Below are positions 34,976 through 44,142 of a stretch of DNA of 64,000 bases, one piece after another. How positions within the stretch are numbered: position 1 is the stretch's first letter; each line of letters opens with the position of its first letter. Location of the stretch: sequence record PQ015379.1; one strand, 5' to 3'. The translations under genes and the position numbers were made by a program. The notes beneath the pieces are model-generated. The model saw nothing but the letters and a program-made list of their open reading frames with translations. It had not been told where the DNA came from and ran no database searches.

Positions 34976-35989
34976 ATGAAATTCGTAAACTCTCGCCCAC
35001 ACAATCTGTCGCTGATCACGGGCGACGTGTCCAAGAAACTGAAAACCACCAAGGCCATGAAAGGCTACTGCTTCGACATGAGCCTGTCGTACATCAACTT
35101 CGTGGCCGGTAGCGATATTTTCGCCTACGTCGAAATCGAAGTGGGCAAATCCTTTAACGGTTTCCGTCTGTACCACACGATTAATGACAGTCGCGATTTC
35201 CTGCTGATGGAATACAACGTCGGCCCCGAATCGCACATCACCAAGCTGGCCGAATATGCGCACCGTCAAGGCGGGGTCAAAGTTCCGGAAACCATGGACG
35301 AATGGCTGGTGGAAACCATTGCCAAACGTCTGGCGAAAATCAAGCTGATCGGTAATTACCTGATCAAGCTGCAACAGGGCGGCAAAAACGCTCGCCAGTT
35401 GCTCTACAAAGTGCAAAGCGAAATGGGGCTGCCTATTTCCCATTTCGTGTTCGACGCGTACACCGATGGCGAAACCATGCTGGGGTCGAAATTCGATCTG
35501 GTGGAACAGCACGGTGACGATGTGCTGGTGGCGTACAACCGCATGTTCTACGACCTGCGAGAACAGGGCAGCGGCTATGAAACAATCGGCCTCGGTTTTT
35601 ATCCGGTCGATGAACACGAAGCCGTTACGGAAGACTGGGACCGCCGCGCTGAAGAGGAAGAGGAAAAATTCGACGACGACCACGAAGAAGAGGAAGAGGA
35701 TTTCGAACAGCGCCTCGACATTGACGAAGATGAAGACCAGCTGGTCGATAACCTGAGTTGCTTGTCCACGACCGGCCTGTCGATCCTGTTCAATGCCGTT
35801 ATCGACACGGGCGCCGTCGTTCTGGAAGATTCCGAAGCGCGTCTGTATTCCGGCCTCAAACGCCGCAATATCATCATCGACGAACTGGCGGAATTGCTGG
35901 ACCGCAAAGAATTGTTCAAAGTCGCGCTGGAAGCTGCGTTGCCTGAAGGCGATGCGCAGTTGATCCGCGCCATGATCCCCGAGGTGTGA
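34976..35989 (+). CDS. hypothetical protein with acidic linker
   Basis: 337 aa; EEEEEKFDDDHEEEEEDFE tract. Confidence 0.8.
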   Translation: MKFVNSRPHNLSLITGDVSKKLKTTKAMKGYCFDMSLSYINFVAGSDIFAYVEIEVGKSFNGFRLYHTINDSRDFLLMEYNVGPESHITKLAEYAHRQGGVKVPETMDEWLVETIAKRLAKIKLIGNYLIKLQQGGKNARQLLYKVQSEMGLPISHFVFDAYTDGETMLGSKFDLVEQHGDDVLVAYNRMFYDLREQGSGYETIGLGFYPVDEHEAVTEDWDRRAEEEEEKFDDDHEEEEEDFEQRLDIDEDEDQLVDNLSCLSTTGLSILFNAVIDTGAVVLEDSEARLYSGLKRRNIIIDELAELLDRKELFKVALEAALPEGDAQLIRAMIPEV

Positions 35990-35992
35990 AAA

Positions 35993-36574
35993 ATGACTGA
36001 CAATAAATTTTACGTGGTGAAATCGTCGCGCAGTTTCAGCGGTGAAGGCTACAGCGGCCCGGCCCTGTCGCGTACCACGTTTTCCGAAATGAAAAGTGCA
36101 ACGTTCGACGACATGGAAACTGCCGTTCGTTGCGCGAATCAACTGAACGAAGAAAACCCGGTCGGCTTCGACATTTACCACCAAGGCCGTTTGGTGTGGC
36201 CTGCAAAGCGTGCGCAGCAACAGGCGGCGCGTGATGCCGTCGATAGGGTACGCCCACTGGATGCCCATGCAATGCGTCTCGCAGGTTACGTGCAAGCCAC
36301 GGCGAAGGCCCGCGAAGATTCCTTCGACAAGGCCGCATCTGACGCCGCACAAAACGCCTGTGACGAAAAGCGCGAGCGTGAGGAACGCGAAGGCAATCAG
36401 CACGCGTACCTGAACGTCGTGGACCACGCGCAGTTCTACAAGCTGACGCTGCGCGAAGCTGCTGAAGCCACGGTGCCATCGGAATTTGTGGAGCCGGTTT
36501 ATCTGCTGCTGCAATTGGGCTGGAATGATGCCCACGATTGGGCGGCACGCATCCTCAACGGCCAGCGTAGCTAA
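35993..36574 (+). CDS. hypothetical protein
   Basis: GAGG RBS. Confidence 0.75.
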   Translation: MTDNKFYVVKSSRSFSGEGYSGPALSRTTFSEMKSATFDDMETAVRCANQLNEENPVGFDIYHQGRLVWPAKRAQQQAARDAVDRVRPLDAHAMRLAGYVQATAKAREDSFDKAASDAAQNACDEKREREEREGNQHAYLNVVDHAQFYKLTLREAAEATVPSEFVEPVYLLLQLGWNDAHDWAARILNGQRS

Positions 36575-36584
36575 GGGGAACGAA

Positions 36585-36707
36585 ATGCTGAAGTGTGATT
36601 ATTGCGGTTTCTCTGTTGCGCCTAGCAGCCTGTGGAAAGCTGGGGATGAATGCAACAAATGCAAACGTGGCGTGATGTGCGCCAAAGGATCGCGGGGCAA
36701 CCCGTAA
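36585..36707 (+). CDS. 40-aa zinc-ribbon peptide
   Basis: MLKCDYCG...CNKCKRG. Confidence 0.6.
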   Translation: MLKCDYCGFSVAPSSLWKAGDECNKCKRGVMCAKGSRGNP

Positions 36708-36774
36708 GGAGCTAGCGTGAACCGATGGTTCGTGTTTGTGCAGTGGCGATCACCTAAGCCACTGAGACTTCAAA

Positions 36775-37095
36775 ATGTCGCGCACTATCCGACGCCAAGA
36801 CCTGTGCCCATACAACACCGGAGACGTTTACCGCGTAGACGATTCCCGCTGGCGTGATGTGTGGCCCGGTTTGGATTATCAGCAGTATCAGAAATTGGCG
36901 CTGGCACATTTCCGCCGTGACAACGCCGACATTTTTGGCACTGAGTATTCGATTCCTCGGCTGTACGGCCACCTTTGCCAAGAACGCCCACAACGGCGCC
37001 AGATTCGCGCACAGCTTTACCGTGCGTGGCGCTATGATGAATGGGACGGCCTGAGCATCAAACGTTGGCCAAAGGATTGGACGATTTACTACTGA
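36775..37095 (+). CDS. hypothetical protein
   Basis: Arg/Trp/Tyr-rich ORF. Confidence 0.65.
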   Translation: MSRTIRRQDLCPYNTGDVYRVDDSRWRDVWPGLDYQQYQKLALAHFRRDNADIFGTEYSIPRLYGHLCQERPQRRQIRAQLYRAWRYDEWDGLSIKRWPKDWTIYY

Positions 37096-37119
37096 CGATC
37101 CAGTGAAGGGCATTCAGCA

Positions 37120-38295
37120 ATGAGTGCCCTTTGCGGAAAAATCAGGAAGCACTTTATGCAACTGAAAATGCAAAGGAAAAGCGAGGACAAGCGCGCTTAC
37201 CAGATTCTGGTCAACGGCTGTTCCGCCACGTATTTGGAAATCGACGACTACCCGGATTTCGTGGCGGTTGAAGACGTGGTGACGTTCGGGGCGCACAGGC
37301 GCAAAGGTTACATGCGCCAGAAACTGCGCGACGTACGCAAACGCGAGAAACGCGAAATGCGGTTGCTGGTTTACCCGGACAACGAAGCGGCGATCAACCT
37401 GTACAAATCGGTCGGTTTCCACTTCACGAAAAACGCACGCTACCGCGAGTCGCTGATATCACGCTGCGTAGATCCAACAGACGCGCAACTTTTGGCCAAG
37501 CTGCCTGAAATGGTTTGGGCCGCACCGCAACTTGGAGGAAACATGAAACTCAAGGATTTGGAAGAAATTTTCAAAGGCTACACCGTCCACTTCGACGAAC
37601 TGGGTGTTGACGTGTATCAGCCAAATGGCGGTAAGCATGTTGGCTCTGTGTTGTACACGCACGGCACCGGCTGCGAAGTGGTTTCGGTTCGCCGCGCATC
37701 GGCCATCGAAAAACGGAGCGCGCCGTTTTTCCGTGTTGCTGAAATTTGCAGTTTCCGGGGCGCCAGCGAACTGGCTGACCAGATGGATAACGAACGTCGC
37801 CTGCAAGGCAAACGCCCATGCTCGCCGCGCACCATCAACAACGAATTCAAAGCCGTGAAGGCCGTCGATTTCGAAGAGGGTGTGAAAATGTTGGTTGTGT
37901 GGCTCGGCGTTTTGTTTGGCGACCACACCGGTTTCGCACGGGAACATTACAAGCAGCTTACGACCCCGGCGAAAACGCATTACCGCTTTGCGTTGCGTGC
38001 CCGTGAATCCATCGTGGCACCGGCAGAACCTGATCACGATTCCACGGCCCCTGAAACGCCGCCTGTGGCGAGTTTGGCGCGTACCTTTGCCCAGCGGCAG
38101 GCCGAACGCGAAACCTCTTCAAAACGCACCGTATGGGGCGCAGAAGACGACGCAATCATGGCGCTGGTGATGGACGAACACAAAAAGCTGTCGGATCGTG
38201 TGGCGCAGTTGCACAGCGCACGCGGTAGCCGAATCTCGATTCCTGAGTTCGACCGGCGCCGGGCAGCCGAAGGTAAATCGGTATACGAGCGGTGA
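37120..38295 (+). CDS. GNAT acetyltransferase fused in frame to a ~250-aa unknown domain with its own RBS/ATG (37543)
   Basis: Motif A VVTFGAHRRKGYM, motif B VYPDNEAAINLYKSVGF; internal GGAGG-AAAC-ATG. Confidence 0.75.
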   Translation: MSALCGKIRKHFMQLKMQRKSEDKRAYQILVNGCSATYLEIDDYPDFVAVEDVVTFGAHRRKGYMRQKLRDVRKREKREMRLLVYPDNEAAINLYKSVGFHFTKNARYRESLISRCVDPTDAQLLAKLPEMVWAAPQLGGNMKLKDLEEIFKGYTVHFDELGVDVYQPNGGKHVGSVLYTHGTGCEVVSVRRASAIEKRSAPFFRVAEICSFRGASELADQMDNERRLQGKRPCSPRTINNEFKAVKAVDFEEGVKMLVVWLGVLFGDHTGFAREHYKQLTTPAKTHYRFALRARESIVAPAEPDHDSTAPETPPVASLARTFAQRQAERETSSKRTVWGAEDDAIMALVMDEHKKLSDRVAQLHSARGSRISIPEFDRRRAAEGKSVYER

Positions 38296-38453
38296 CGTTC
38301 ACGTATTACCTGTTTCGAAATCTGGCGATTGCGTGTCTGCCGTTTCTTTCGGTCGGCACGCTTTCACACCAGCAGCAACTGGCGATTGGCGCCGCCGTTT
38401 TTATCTGCGCCGGGCTTTCAGGATTAGCAAAATGCGCAAATCGCAATCAGTGA
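38292..38453 (+). CDS. 53-aa two-TM peptide
   Basis: Read manually; GTGA and TGATG overlaps on either side. Confidence 0.6.
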   Translation: MTFTYYLFRNLAIACLPFLSVGTLSHQQQLAIGAAVFICAGLSGLAKCANRNQ

Positions 38454-38902
38454 TGTTTGTAAAAACCCAAACCACCAACGCCGTTTCCGTAGCACTGGCC
38501 CGCATGCTGGGCTACGAGCCGTACCCTGACGGCGAATGGCGCTACAAAGGCGACACCGCAATCGGCTGCATGTACCGCCCGATTAAACCTGCGCCCGGTA
38601 TCGAATTCGATAACCGTTGCCCTACCACCTTCGATCCGTTCCGCGAAGGTGTAGACACCATGGCCGTGCAATCGCTGTTGGCCATTTCCACCAAGTTCGA
38701 ATCCATCGGTGGCCAGCGCTACGTGAATGCTTCCAACGCTGAATATTCGGTGCGTGTTGCTGTTCCCAAAAGCGAACATCACCGGGGCGCAGCGACCGCG
38801 ATTCAGGCGGCAATCATGGCGGTGGCAATGCTGTATGTTGAAAACACGTTTGGTATCGCTTACGTGCCTGACGAACTCCGCGAAATCGAATGCGAGGAAT
38901 AA
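38453..38902 (+). CDS. hypothetical protein
   Basis: TGATG overlap. Confidence 0.7.
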   Translation: MFVKTQTTNAVSVALARMLGYEPYPDGEWRYKGDTAIGCMYRPIKPAPGIEFDNRCPTTFDPFREGVDTMAVQSLLAISTKFESIGGQRYVNASNAEYSVRVAVPKSEHHRGAATAIQAAIMAVAMLYVENTFGIAYVPDELREIECEE

Positions 38903-38908
38903 CTGTAA

Positions 38909-39268
38909 ATGCAACTTACTGACCCACGCGGCAACCTTGTCGCCAACTGGACCATCGAACAGTTTTTGTTGGTGCAGAAATTCGCCATGCAAGGCCCCGG
39001 CCATCCCGTAGACGGTCGCATCGTGGCGATGGAAATCGGCCAGCAAATCGAAGTGCAGTTGAATGACGTGGAAAGCCAACTGCATGACGCGCACCACAAT
39101 CTGCTGTTTCTGTTCAACCACGTGCAGCATTTCGACGAACACGCCCAGCTGCATCAAGCCGGGCTGTTGATTTCGCTGCTGCGTGATCGCCTCATGCGTT
39201 CGCAGTTACCCGGTTTCACCAAGCTGATTTGCAAGATCGAAGAAAACGAGTACGACCCGGAAATCTAA
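38909..39268 (+). CDS. hypothetical protein
   Basis: Start overlaps an ACTGTAAAT motif. Confidence 0.7.
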   Translation: MQLTDPRGNLVANWTIEQFLLVQKFAMQGPGHPVDGRIVAMEIGQQIEVQLNDVESQLHDAHHNLLFLFNHVQHFDEHAQLHQAGLLISLLRDRLMRSQLPGFTKLICKIEENEYDPEI

Positions 39269-39292
39269 ATTGGCACAACGAGGAATTTGACG

Positions 39293-39610
39293 ATGATTTT
39301 CAAACTGCACTGCGAGAAAGAAAAGTTCAGCAACTTGCTGGCTTCGTCCGAGGTGGAAGCCCTCAAGAAATTCACCGACCATGCGATGTTCAAGATTGCA
39401 CCCGGCCAGCGCATCGAAATGCCGCTATCCATGTTTCTGGATGCGTTCAGTAGCATGTATCGCACCTTGGTCTACGAGGCCACGCAGCACGACCGCGTTG
39501 CCGCGAGGCTGGCAATTCACGAAACCATCGTTTCTCTGTTGAAATTCGTGGATGCTATCCACTCGACAATCATGCTCGGTTATATGATGGTGTGGGAGTG
39601 TGACCAATGA
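39293..39610 (+). CDS. hypothetical protein
   Basis: GAGGA RBS. Confidence 0.7.
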   Translation: MIFKLHCEKEKFSNLLASSEVEALKKFTDHAMFKIAPGQRIEMPLSMFLDAFSSMYRTLVYEATQHDRVAARLAIHETIVSLLKFVDAIHSTIMLGYMMVWECDQ

Positions 39611-40296
39611 CCGGCCAAAAAATCATCGTCGATTTGTCGGCGGGCGGCTGGATCAAAGACGGCAAGCCGCATAGCTTTTTCAGTTCCAACGTTGGCCACA
39701 TGTACGAACACCGCAAAGAACTTCTGGCCAAGGCCCCAAACTTCACTGGCTACCCGTTCAACTTCTACGGCGCGTCGTTCATCGAGGGCACGCCTGACGA
39801 ACTGCAAACGTTCTTCGAAGCTTTCGTCGAAGAGTACGACGAAGAATCGACGGTTCGCGAAGTGCAAAGCATCATGGGGGCCGTGGCGCGTTTAGAACCG
39901 CTGATTCGCTGCTATCGCCACGTGTGGCCGGATCGCTACCCGGACGAACTGAAAGATTCGGTGATGCTCGCACGCTGCGCACAGGTGCTGTCGCATGAGG
40001 ACCGTTTCTCGCATGGGCACCTGATTTGCGAGCGCGATCAGTTCAAGCAATATTGCCTGTGGGAAGTCGAATCTTTCCGCGTGCAAAAAGATCGTATTTC
40101 CATCGTGCACATCAACGAGTTTTGCCGCGATGTGAAGTACAAAGAAATCGGATTCGCGTGGGCATCCGACAAGGCGCCAGAAGGCCCCGATTTGGATCGC
40201 CTGTGGGCCTGCCTGCAAAAGGTCGCGGATCGCTACGACGAAACGCTGGCGTGGTTCGAACGGGCCATCAGCGAAGATCCACGCTACCACCAGTAA
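39607..40296 (+). CDS. hypothetical protein
   Basis: 229-aa ORF. Confidence 0.75.
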   Translation: MTGQKIIVDLSAGGWIKDGKPHSFFSSNVGHMYEHRKELLAKAPNFTGYPFNFYGASFIEGTPDELQTFFEAFVEEYDEESTVREVQSIMGAVARLEPLIRCYRHVWPDRYPDELKDSVMLARCAQVLSHEDRFSHGHLICERDQFKQYCLWEVESFRVQKDRISIVHINEFCRDVKYKEIGFAWASDKAPEGPDLDRLWACLQKVADRYDETLAWFERAISEDPRYHQ

Positions 40297-40306
40297 CGGA
40301 CACACC

Positions 40307-40768
40307 ATGGCAAATCTAACCGGCTACGTTTCGCTCGATTACTTCGATGAAGTTGAAAAGTGTAAACAGCAGAAAGAGTGGGGCCACATCCGCGACGTGC
40401 GCGATACCAAACGCGACCGTGATGTAATGTCACCCGACGGCATCGTTTACTACGGCCAACGCATCGTGAGCAAAGACGGGTCGGTTAGATTTGCTGGTGC
40501 GAAATGGCAGACTGAATTGCTGTTGCCCTTTGCCGGGTTCGAAGTTGGCCTGATGGTTTGGGATTATTGGATCAGCAAAATCTGCTGCTACCGGCCCCAC
40601 TATCCGACCGGGCGTCACATGTTCGATATTTATAGCGAATGTGAGGGCGACCGTGAACGGAACAATGAACGCCTGTTGCTCGAAGAACGCATTCAGGAAC
40701 TCAACGAAATGACTGGCGGGCCATTCATCAAAATGCCCGGCCTAAAAATGGTTAAGGGCAGGGAATGA
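40307..40768 (+). CDS. hypothetical protein
   Basis: Packed ORF. Confidence 0.75.
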   Translation: MANLTGYVSLDYFDEVEKCKQQKEWGHIRDVRDTKRDRDVMSPDGIVYYGQRIVSKDGSVRFAGAKWQTELLLPFAGFEVGLMVWDYWISKICCYRPHYPTGRHMFDIYSECEGDRERNNERLLLEERIQELNEMTGGPFIKMPGLKMVKGRE

Positions 40769-41259
40769 GCGACGTTAAATTCAAAGATTTGCGGCAAGGC
40801 ATCACGATCTACACCGTGAACGGCTACGACCCTCTGTGCAAATCCACGGACGGCCATCAATGGCATTTCGGGGTCAAGCGGCATTTCGTGACCGGCAAGC
40901 CCTACATGCACCCCACGGTCAAAGCATGGGCCGTACCGACGCGCTGCCTTGATTGGGCAGGTAATTGGTCAGAAGACAAAATCTTCTTGAACACTTACAA
41001 CGTGCGTCACAAAGAACTGCGCAAATGGCCTGCTACTAACCACGCATGTTTTCACACGGCACGCGCAGCCGAACGCTACGGGAAACGCTTTGCAGCCGGT
41101 TGCATGACGGCCCGCGAATGGGAACACGCACACCACTGGAAAGAAAGCCGCGAAGAGATGCGCAGGCAGTGGGCAGAAAATGACCGCTACCTGTATGAAG
41201 CGGAACTGGAATCGCAGGAATTCGAGGAACACGACGATGGGCCAAGTAATCGGTTTTAA
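40765..41259 (+). CDS. hypothetical protein
   Basis: ATGA overlap. Confidence 0.75.
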   Translation: MSDVKFKDLRQGITIYTVNGYDPLCKSTDGHQWHFGVKRHFVTGKPYMHPTVKAWAVPTRCLDWAGNWSEDKIFLNTYNVRHKELRKWPATNHACFHTARAAERYGKRFAAGCMTAREWEHAHHWKESREEMRRQWAENDRYLYEAELESQEFEEHDDGPSNRF

Positions 41260-41668
41260 ACAGGGCCTCACGGGGCCGATGGAAAGCGGGCGAGTAATGC
41301 CGCATCAAATCGAAATCGGTATGCACCTTTTTCGTGTGGTGGCCCCCGGTGGCAAATTGCCGTGGGTCGATGAAATTCGGGTGAAGACCCGACCCAGCGT
41401 TACAGGGTCCAATGGCGAACAAGCCTTCACCGGCTGCGCCGTGCGTGACGGTAAAGTGCAGCGTTTCGAGAACTACGTTTCGTTGCGCGATATCGGCGTG
41501 ATTATCAACGGCTACAACATGTCGTTGACGTTCCATAAGCGCGAAGACGCCGAGGCCTACCGCGACCGGCTGATGCGCCAAGAATTCACGGTGTTTGAGC
41601 ACACCCGCTGGACCAAAGTAATCAAACGCAATCTCGACAAATTTCTCAACGGGAAGAGCACGAAATGA
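41237..41668 (+). CDS. hypothetical protein
   Basis: GAGGA RBS. Confidence 0.7.
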   Translation: MGQVIGFKQGLTGPMESGRVMPHQIEIGMHLFRVVAPGGKLPWVDEIRVKTRPSVTGSNGEQAFTGCAVRDGKVQRFENYVSLRDIGVIINGYNMSLTFHKREDAEAYRDRLMRQEFTVFEHTRWTKVIKRNLDKFLNGKSTK

Positions 41669-42318
41669 GCGCTAAAGAAATTGGTAGTCACGTGTGGGTT
41701 TTCTGGCCGGATAACGTGGGTGCTTTCATGTACCCGTTCTATAGTGTGCTGTCGAACTTTGCCGAGGTGGAAAAATTCCCGGCCATTCAGTTCCGCAAAT
41801 TGACCGTGACCGAACATCACCGGGTGCGTGGCGAGTACGATTCGAACGACGCCGAACCGCAATACGACGGTTATGTGCTGACCGACGAAAAAGGCACGGT
41901 GTGGCACAACCAATACCCGTACGCGAAACTCGGCGGCCAGTTGTCGAACGGCCTTGGCCACATTTACGAAATCACCGAAAACTGTGAAGAGGGCGCGCAG
42001 CTTTTGGAGTGGATGCGGGCTGACGAAAAAGAAGCACGCGGCGCCTCGCCTACCCCGGCCTCGATGGCGCTACTGATTAGCGAACTGGTGGAAATGCGCC
42101 GCGACCTGCACACGCTGGAAACCGGCGAAGGCATTTTCGGAATGGCGCGGGATAAAAACCCGGAACGTGCGGCAAAACTTCGCGCATGGATCGACCATAT
42201 TCTCGATTCGTTCGGTCGCCAAACTGGGCTGTCCGTGATCGAAGAGCCGGACCCGATTCGCGAACTGCGCGGCTGGTATCGCTTCCGCATCGAAGAGGGC
42301 GCGGCCAGTGAAGCGTGA
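41665..42318 (+). CDS. hypothetical protein
   Basis: ATGA overlap. Confidence 0.75.
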   Translation: MSAKEIGSHVWVFWPDNVGAFMYPFYSVLSNFAEVEKFPAIQFRKLTVTEHHRVRGEYDSNDAEPQYDGYVLTDEKGTVWHNQYPYAKLGGQLSNGLGHIYEITENCEEGAQLLEWMRADEKEARGASPTPASMALLISELVEMRRDLHTLETGEGIFGMARDKNPERAAKLRAWIDHILDSFGRQTGLSVIEEPDPIRELRGWYRFRIEEGAASEA

Positions 42319-42499
42319 AATGCAGGTTGCAGCCGACGACAGTTACGACGCGTGCAACTACAACCAAGCGCGCTTTCTGGAACTGATGAAAGAAAAGGGT
42401 TATCCCGCTGATCACCCTGATCTGCAATGGCTTTTGAACAACTGGGAATTCGACGACGCCGGTCCGTGGAAAAAGGAAAACGACCCCGACCGGATCTGA
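42308..42499 (+). CDS. small acidic hypothetical protein
   Basis: Overlapping ORF. Confidence 0.65.
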   Translation: MKREMQVAADDSYDACNYNQARFLELMKEKGYPADHPDLQWLLNNWEFDDAGPWKKENDPDRI

Positions 42500-42531
42500 A
42501 TCGGAACTGACGGAAATTAGAGGAATTTGAC

Positions 42532-42738
42532 GTGAACAAAATGCGAAATCATCTTTCGAGTTTCAGCGGCCAAGCAATTCAAGGTGCCCGTGACGTGGTA
42601 AGCAGTAGCTTTTACCTCGCTACCGGCACCGGCCCTGAACTCTGCCTCGTAGCGCAAATGGAAAGGCGTATCACCAAAGGCTTTGCCAAGCATGCAAAAG
42701 CCTTCCGCAAACAGCGCGTTTCTATCGCGGTTCCTTGA
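42532..42738 (+). CDS. small basic hypothetical protein
   Basis: GAGGA RBS. Confidence 0.6.
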   Translation: MNKMRNHLSSFSGQAIQGARDVVSSSFYLATGTGPELCLVAQMERRITKGFAKHAKAFRKQRVSIAVP

Positions 42739-42748
42739 TGTATTTCTC

Positions 42749-42780
42749 GTAGGCATCAGTGTGGGTGCCTACTGTAAATA
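42749..42780 (+). promoter_or_regulatory. hairpin plus ACTGTAAATA motif
   Basis: GTAGGCA...TGCCTAC dyad overlapping ACTGTAAATA, 26 nt before ORF 42807. Confidence 0.55.
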
Positions 42781-42806
42781 CATCGTGGACCCAAAGGAAC
42801 GACACC

Positions 42807-43103
42807 ATGACTTCCAACACCGAAGAAAAATGTAAACACGGACAACGCAAACGGCGCTGCGGCGTCTGCGCCCTGACCTGCCCGCACGGCGTGGATTTCC
42901 ATGCTGACGAAAACGCATATTGTGAAGCGTGCGAAGAGGACGCTGATCGCCGCGAACAGGCCGAACTCGATGCCGAGGATAGCCATTGCGAACACGGCGT
43001 TTACGAATCCGATTGCCACGTATGCGGGGCCGCCACTGATCGTTTGATCGAACAGACGGAACAGCAGCGTGATTGGAACCACTGGCACCCTGCCGAGGAA
43101 TAA
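42807..43103 (+). CDS. protein with three CxHG-(x)n-CxxC zinc motifs
   Basis: CKHGQRKRRCGVC, CPHG..CEAC, CEHGVYESDCHVC. Confidence 0.75.
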   Translation: MTSNTEEKCKHGQRKRRCGVCALTCPHGVDFHADENAYCEACEEDADRREQAELDAEDSHCEHGVYESDCHVCGAATDRLIEQTEQQRDWNHWHPAEE

Positions 43104-43105
43104 AC

Positions 43106-43534
43106 ATGGTCGCCGTGATTGATACGTTTAGCCGTACCTACGATTACCATCGGTTGCCCATTCGAAAAGGGTTCGGCCCCGATGGGGAATCGCTGGAAGA
43201 TTTCCTAGAGCATTTCCGAAACGATTACTACCCGGAAACCCGCATCGCATTTGCTGATCCCGGTTTGGTTTGGCAGGGCTGCCAGTACGACGGCTTTGTG
43301 TGCATCGGCATTTTCTGGATTCACACGCTGACCGAACACGGCACGGCGCATCAGGCGGTCGGTATCATCCACGGCAATGTACACCACATGGAACATGCGG
43401 CCTTGCGCTGGCTGCGTGAGCACCGGCAAAAGAACCCGGATAATTCCGGACGCTGGCCAGAAGTTACGGCGCCTGCCCCGTACGACCACTGCGTGGTTTC
43501 GCCTGTGTTGATTCCAAGCGAAGGGATGCTGTAA
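43106..43534 (+). CDS. hypothetical protein
   Basis: GAGGA RBS. Confidence 0.7.
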   Translation: MVAVIDTFSRTYDYHRLPIRKGFGPDGESLEDFLEHFRNDYYPETRIAFADPGLVWQGCQYDGFVCIGIFWIHTLTEHGTAHQAVGIIHGNVHHMEHAALRWLREHRQKNPDNSGRWPEVTAPAPYDHCVVSPVLIPSEGML

Positions 43535-43857
43535 TGGGCGGATCTTTCGGGGGCATGATGATGCGCGTTGCAAACAGCCTCGGCATGGGGTTGCCCGTGT
43601 ACGACGCACCGCGCAAATCGAAGCGCAAAAGCTGGGCGCAGCGTGTCGAAGAAGAAACCGAAAACGAGCTTTGGCAAATCCGGCAGGATCGCGTGAACAA
43701 CCGCGACAAAGCTGTAAATGTTTTCAAGCATCGTTTGCTTGATCACTACGACCAGTTCTATGCGGCTGGATTGGTGAAGCCGGGCGACACGCTGATGCAA
43801 ATTATCTGCCGCGCCCAAGGCGTCCCATACCGCAAGAAAAGGAAACGGAAATCTTGA
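43534..43857 (+). CDS. hypothetical protein
   Basis: TAATG overlap. Confidence 0.7.
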   Translation: MGGSFGGMMMRVANSLGMGLPVYDAPRKSKRKSWAQRVEEETENELWQIRQDRVNNRDKAVNVFKHRLLDHYDQFYAAGLVKPGDTLMQIICRAQGVPYRKKRKRKS

Positions 43858-44114
43858 TTTACTTCACCGCGTTTTGCCTGACGTTCGTTTACGTTTTCCT
43901 GAAAGGTTTTCAGTACAAAAACGTGGTGCATAACAAATGGCTTGGGATGTTCACCACGTCGTACATCATGAACGTGTTCGAAGTGCTACAGGTCGGCGCC
44001 TACGCAAAGATCACGCTTCAGGGCGATTGGTGGTACGCAATAGTTTCCGGAACAGCCGCTGCATTCTCCATCGTGCTCGCCACGTGGACCCACAACAAAA
44101 TGTACAAGCACTAA
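43854..44114 (+). CDS. three-TM small membrane protein
   Basis: Hydrophobic throughout. Confidence 0.75.
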   Translation: MIYFTAFCLTFVYVFLKGFQYKNVVHNKWLGMFTTSYIMNVFEVLQVGAYAKITLQGDWWYAIVSGTAAAFSIVLATWTHNKMYKH

Positions 44115-44142
44115 CAAGCACCATTACGAAGGATCGCGACAA

